This document shows, in pieces, positions 63,913 to 64,000 of a DNA stretch of 64,000 bases. Each line of letters starts with the position of its first letter. The first letter of the stretch is position 1. A program made the position numbers and the translations under genes. Under the pieces are notes generated by a model that was not told where the DNA came from, searched no databases, and saw only the letters and a list, made by a program, of their open reading frames with translations. The stretch is from an uncultured Solirubrobacterales bacterium (lineage in GTDB: Bacteria; Actinomycetota; Thermoleophilia; Solirubrobacterales; 70-9): positions 23,804 to 87,803 of the forward strand of contig CAVQHG010000005.1 in NCBI GenBank assembly GCA_963712325.1, in the 5' to 3' direction.

Positions 63913-64000
63913 CGATTCGACCCCCTGCGGGGGGTCAATTGACGGCTCGAGGCCGATTGCCGATCCGACCCCCTGCGGGGCTCAACTGACGCCTCGAGAC
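63913..64000. repeat. tandem repeat, 48-nt period, each unit carrying a GC hairpin (truncated by window end)
   Basis: CGATTCGACCCCCTGCGGGGGGTCAATTGACGGCTCGAGG aligns with CGATCCGACCCCCTGCGGGGCTCAACTGACGCCTCGAGAC. Only two units are visible. Confidence 0.6.

Noticed and set aside
63913-64000. Possible CRISPR array at the window edge.
   Set aside because: Only two units are visible, the intervening unique sequence is about 8 nt, and no cas genes are in view. I report it as a tandem repeat instead.

Overview
This is a high-GC (about 70%) chromosomal segment of actinobacterial type. The translated proteins and several 'CVVPKL...' PASTA-like tails suggest a Thermoleophilia, Rubrobacteria or Solirubrobacter-like lineage, but that is a guess. 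Most of the window is conserved housekeeping backbone, almost all on the minus strand. The first backbone run is dnaG-dgt-recO-mutM-xerD, DUF3866-M20, pyrG, a GT4-like gene, an mctB-like gene, steA-recN-(MFS)-nadK-tlyA. The second is dxs, a polyprenyl synthase, an xseB-like gene, nusB-efp, pepQ-aroQ-aroB-aroK-aroC, aroE-mltG-ruvX-alaS-mnmA. This order mirrors the mycobacterial Rv1694-1701 and Rv2533c-2555c neighbourhoods. There are two tRNAs, tRNA-Met(CAT) and tRNA-Asn(GTT). Three accessory stretches stand out.
(i) 0-12 kb holds an ArsR / ICMT-like methyltransferase / CDF metal operon. It also holds a cluster of membrane-anchored decapeptide-repeat 'stalk' proteins with interchangeable C-terminal heads, separated by unusually long spacers.
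(ii) 16.1-16.8 kb holds an AT-richer HTH-HTH-HNH gene wedged between tRNA-Asn and dnaG, next to a 15-nt duplicate of the tRNA 5' end.
(iii) 34.7-43.3 kb, between tlyA and dxs, is a mosaic block. It carries four co-oriented copies of a conserved ~25-nt box followed by sequence-divergent GC hairpins. Two copies are 84-nt near-identical repeats bracketing a DUF2652-like gene.
Other notable items are a stand-alone Hpt gene translationally coupled to a redoxin lipoprotein and an IscU-like::MnmA fusion.
One caveat matters for everything else. Many essential genes are frame-disrupted as sequenced, and the breaks fall in discrete blocks (31.3-37.4, 45.1-49.0 and 52.7-60.2 kb). This looks like regional indel error rather than biology. 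Coordinates of those genes are reconstructed by eye from several frames and are approximate. No rRNA, CRISPR array, transposase or prophage was seen. All family assignments come from motif recognition by eye, not from searches.
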